From Candidatus Caccalectryoclostridium excrementigallinarum (GTDB lineage: Bacteria > Bacillota > Clostridia > Christensenellales > UBA3700), in assembly GCA_018714485.1 (NCBI GenBank), contig DVNJ01000001.1, positions 94,985 through 158,984 of the forward strand: a stretch of 64,000 nucleotides of DNA, written 5' to 3'. Made by a program: the position numbers and the translations under genes. Every line of letters begins with the position of its first letter. The first letter of the stretch is position 1. The notes below the pieces were generated by a model, which was given only the letters and a program-made list of their open reading frames with translations, searched no databases and was not told the DNA's origin. Positions 61,834-64,000 of the stretch are shown piece by piece.

Positions 61834-61862
61834 ATTATATTATAAGCGCAAGCGGCTGTCAA
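61834..61862 (-). promoter_or_regulatory. sigmaA promoter of the T-box-leuA leader
   Basis: Perfect TTGACA-17 nt-TATAAT. Confidence 0.85.
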
Positions 61863-61880
61863 GTGTTAAGTACACATAGT

Positions 61881-62048
61881 GTGAAATTTTTGCGCGGATA
61901 AGAGCGAGCAATATGCGAGCATATCTTCCGCGCAAAAGTGAAATGTTTTTGCCAAGGCAAAAACGTGAAATGTACCCTCGAACCGCTGCGCGACGAGAGG
62001 GCACGTGAAATGTTTGCTCATACTGCCGCAAAGCGGCGCTTCGCAAAC
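61881..62048. repeat. Array of four GTGAAAT linkers, each followed by a different hairpin
   Basis: GTGAAAT at 61881, 61938, 61965 and 62005; inverted repeats at 61888-61937, 61945-61964, 61972-62004 and 62012-62048 start immediately after each linker. Confidence 0.8.
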
Positions 62049-62114
62049 GTTGCGGCTGCCTGCGGCGCATTAGAAAAAGTCTAATCAAGGCGTTGAAAAT
62101 CGCATTTTCGACGC

Positions 62115-62212
62115 CGTTACCTCTAAAATGCGCCGTGCGCATTTTCCGAATGAGCGAAGCAACGCGAGCGAATGAGGGCGGAAAGAGTGAATTTTTGCGG
62201 GTAAGGCGAGCG
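62115..62212. repeat. 98-bp direct repeat, copy 1
   Basis: Matches 62527-62624 with one mismatch; contains the hairpin AAAATGCGC-CGT-GCGCATTTT. Confidence 0.92.
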
Positions 62213-62526
62213 GCAGCGTGACGCTGCACCCAAGTAAAGTTTAATTCCCGCCACCGAAAACCACGCTTTTCGGTGAGCGCACCTTGAGCGGGACGACTGT
62301 TCCGCACGGAGCACAGCGCAGGCGGAAAGGGGTGAATTTCCGCGGAAAAGGCGAGCCACGCTCTCGCGCAACTCGCCGCGGAAAGAGGGGAAAACAGCAG
62401 CGGAGCGGGTCGGGTTTTCCCTCAAGCAAGCGAAAAACGAAAAGGCAGACGCGGCTTGTGCCGCACCTGCCCTTTTCCTTTTTGTTTTTCACTTAAATCA
62501 AGCGCGGCAAAATCGCATTTTGCAAG

Positions 62527-62624
62527 CGTTACCTCTAAAATGCGCCGTGCGCATTTTCCGAATGAGCGAAGCAATGCGAGCGAATGAGGGCGGAAAGAGT
62601 GAATTTTTGCGGGTAAGGCGAGCG
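62527..62624. repeat. 98-bp direct repeat, copy 2
   Basis: Matches 62115-62212 at an offset of 412 bp; one C/T difference. Confidence 0.92.
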
Positions 62625-62839
62625 CGAAACCTTGACACTCTCCCGCAAAAAGAGAGAAAACCGCGCCTCAAGAAAACGATCTTGCGGCGAAACAGAGTTC
62701 CGCCGCAACGCGCAATAGTGCGTTATATTCGCGGGGTCGTTTTCGAATGGCGGGGTTGTCTTTAAGCAAGCGAAAAATCGAGAGGCGGAAAAAGTTTGCA
62801 ACTTTTCCCGCCCCTTTCCTCGAGATTTTTCGCTTATTC

Positions 62840-63436
62840 CTATTGCATTAAAACATCCAACAACGAATCCATCGCCACGTCCGCCACGTCCGACGTGGTG
62901 TTCAAATGGCGGTAAACTTCCCTATATTTGAAGACGAGATGGAAGTCATCCTGATCGAAGAGGGCGCCGAGCGCGCGGTAATAGTGATTGCCCACCTTGT
63001 TTTCCAAGCCCTTGACCTTGATGGCTTCGTCTTTGGCGATATTGGGGTGATGCTCCATATTGGCGACCGCGCGGGAGATATGCTTGCAAATGTCCACGAG
63101 TATACCCACGATGTCCGTCATCGCCTCGTCGGGCAGGATACGGAAGAGGCGCAGCTCGTCTATCGTCGCCTTGGCGTAATCGAGTATCTCGTCAATCTGA
63201 CGCGAGAGGTTGAAGATATCCTTGCGCTCGATGGGCGTGATAAAGGTGTTGTTCAACTCGTCGATGAGAATGCGGCGGCGCATATCGCCGTCCTCCTCTA
63301 TCTTGACCACCTCGTCGGCGAAACGCTCTTCCTTGGTCACGCAATAGTTATAAAGCGCCGTCAAGCCCTCGCTCATGCAGTCGCACTGCGAGGACAAGAG
63401 ATGATAAAAGTTGATCCTTTTTTTGAACAGTTTCAT
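62840..63436 (-). CDS. DUF47 / PhoU-like phosphate transport accessory protein
   Basis: EEDGDMRRRILIDELNNTFITPIERKDIFNLSRQIDEILD and KYREVYRHL; ATG overlaps the stop of the upstream PiT gene (ATGA). Confidence 0.9.
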   Translation of the reverse strand: MKLFKKRINFYHLLSSQCDCMSEGLTALYNYCVTKEERFADEVVKIEEDGDMRRRILIDELNNTFITPIERKDIFNLSRQIDEILDYAKATIDELRLFRILPDEAMTDIVGILVDICKHISRAVANMEHHPNIAKDEAIKVKGLENKVGNHYYRALGALFDQDDFHLVFKYREVYRHLNTTSDVADVAMDSLLDVLMQ

Positions 63437-64000
63437 AACGATCCTCCCGGTATTATCGCGTTGAGCAGCGCGCAGATCGCCGCGCCCACGCCCATCGCCA
63501 CGGGAAAGGTTATCACCCATCCCGTAAAAATCTTGATAAATCTCAGCCAGCGCACTCCCGTCACGCGCTGCGCCATCCCCACGCCGATTATGCTCGAAGT
63601 CATCACCTGCCCCGTGGAAATGGGTATCCCCAGCACGGTGGAGAGCACGCTCACGGTCATGGACGCCGTCTGCGCCACATATGACTGCATGAGGTTGAGC
63701 GCGAAGAGCTTCTTCCCGATCGCATAGATGAGGCGGAAGCCGCCGAGCAACAATCCCGACGCGATCGCCGCGCAAAAGAGGATCACTATCCAGACGGGCA
63801 AGCCGTCCGCCGCCGCGGAAGTGTCGCTGAACCCGCCGCCGCACAAGACCGCCGCGAGCAGATAAACTCCCAAGCCCTTTTGCGTGTTATTGAGCGATAT
63901 CGCGCCCGAAAGCACGGTCATATTGAGCACTTGCGCGCCTTTGAGCACCTTTTCCACGCTGCGGGTGAAATATCCCGAAAGCGCGAAGACGAGCTTTTCC
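63433..64000 (-). CDS. PiT-family (PHO4) inorganic phosphate transporter, C-terminal part; 5' end outside the window
   Basis: NNTQKGLG, GGFRLIYAIG, LGIPISTGQVMTSSIIGVG, VRW and WVITFP; coupled to DUF47. Confidence 0.8.
   Translation of the reverse strand, partial: EKLVFALSGYFTRSVEKVLKGAQVLNMTVLSGAISLNNTQKGLGVYLLAAVLCGGGFSDTSAAADGLPVWIVILFCAAIASGLLLGGFRLIYAIGKKLFALNLMQSYVAQTASMTVSVLSTVLGIPISTGQVMTSSIIGVGMAQRVTGVRWLRFIKIFTGWVITFPVAMGVGAAICALLNAIIPGGSL

Noticed and set aside
61881-62835. Possible CRISPR array or short protein genes in the repeat region
   Set aside because: Repeats are 7 or 98 bp with irregular spacing and there are no cas genes; the short ORFs lack SDs and recognisable motifs.
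62840-63844. 334-aa ORF suggesting an N-terminally extended DUF47
   Set aside because: The upstream part is an alternative frame of the PiT gene; the real start is ATG 63436, overlapping the PiT stop.

Overview
Core-chromosome segment of a GC-rich (roughly 55%, estimated by eye), spore-forming Clostridia-type bacterium; the lineage is inferred from gene content and may be Christensenellales-like. Almost all real genes lie on the minus strand. Contents in order: divergent galK/galT; a five-gene Na+-translocating biotin-dependent decarboxylase cluster; rluB-dacB-ytfJ-ytfI; scpAB, a site-2 protease and lysA; a WYL regulator; icd; a hydrolase-murF-ddl triad; tsaE-tsaB-rimI; an FMN-type riboswitch with ribU; a nadD-yqeK fusion; yhbY-obgE-nfnAB-nth-purA-guaA-P-type ATPase; a Phe T-box pheST-U32-mutS2-iscS-thiI operon; yunB; spoVA; a complete shikimate/Phe/Tyr operon; a Leu T-box leuA-MATE unit; a 1-kb structured non-coding region; and DUF47-PiT. 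I found no transposase, integrase, phage gene, tRNA, rRNA or CRISPR array. The most notable signals are non-coding: (1) an FMN riboswitch with two substituted ligand-pocket nucleotides, upstream of a zinc-ribbon-fused RibU; (2) an array of four GTGAAAT linkers each followed exactly by a different hairpin, next to 98-bp structured repeats; (3) repeated promoter-ATG geometry implying many leaderless mRNAs, including four forespore-type promoters with identical spacing; (4) a MATE gene that appears to start at ACG. All calls are from manual reading; no searches were run.
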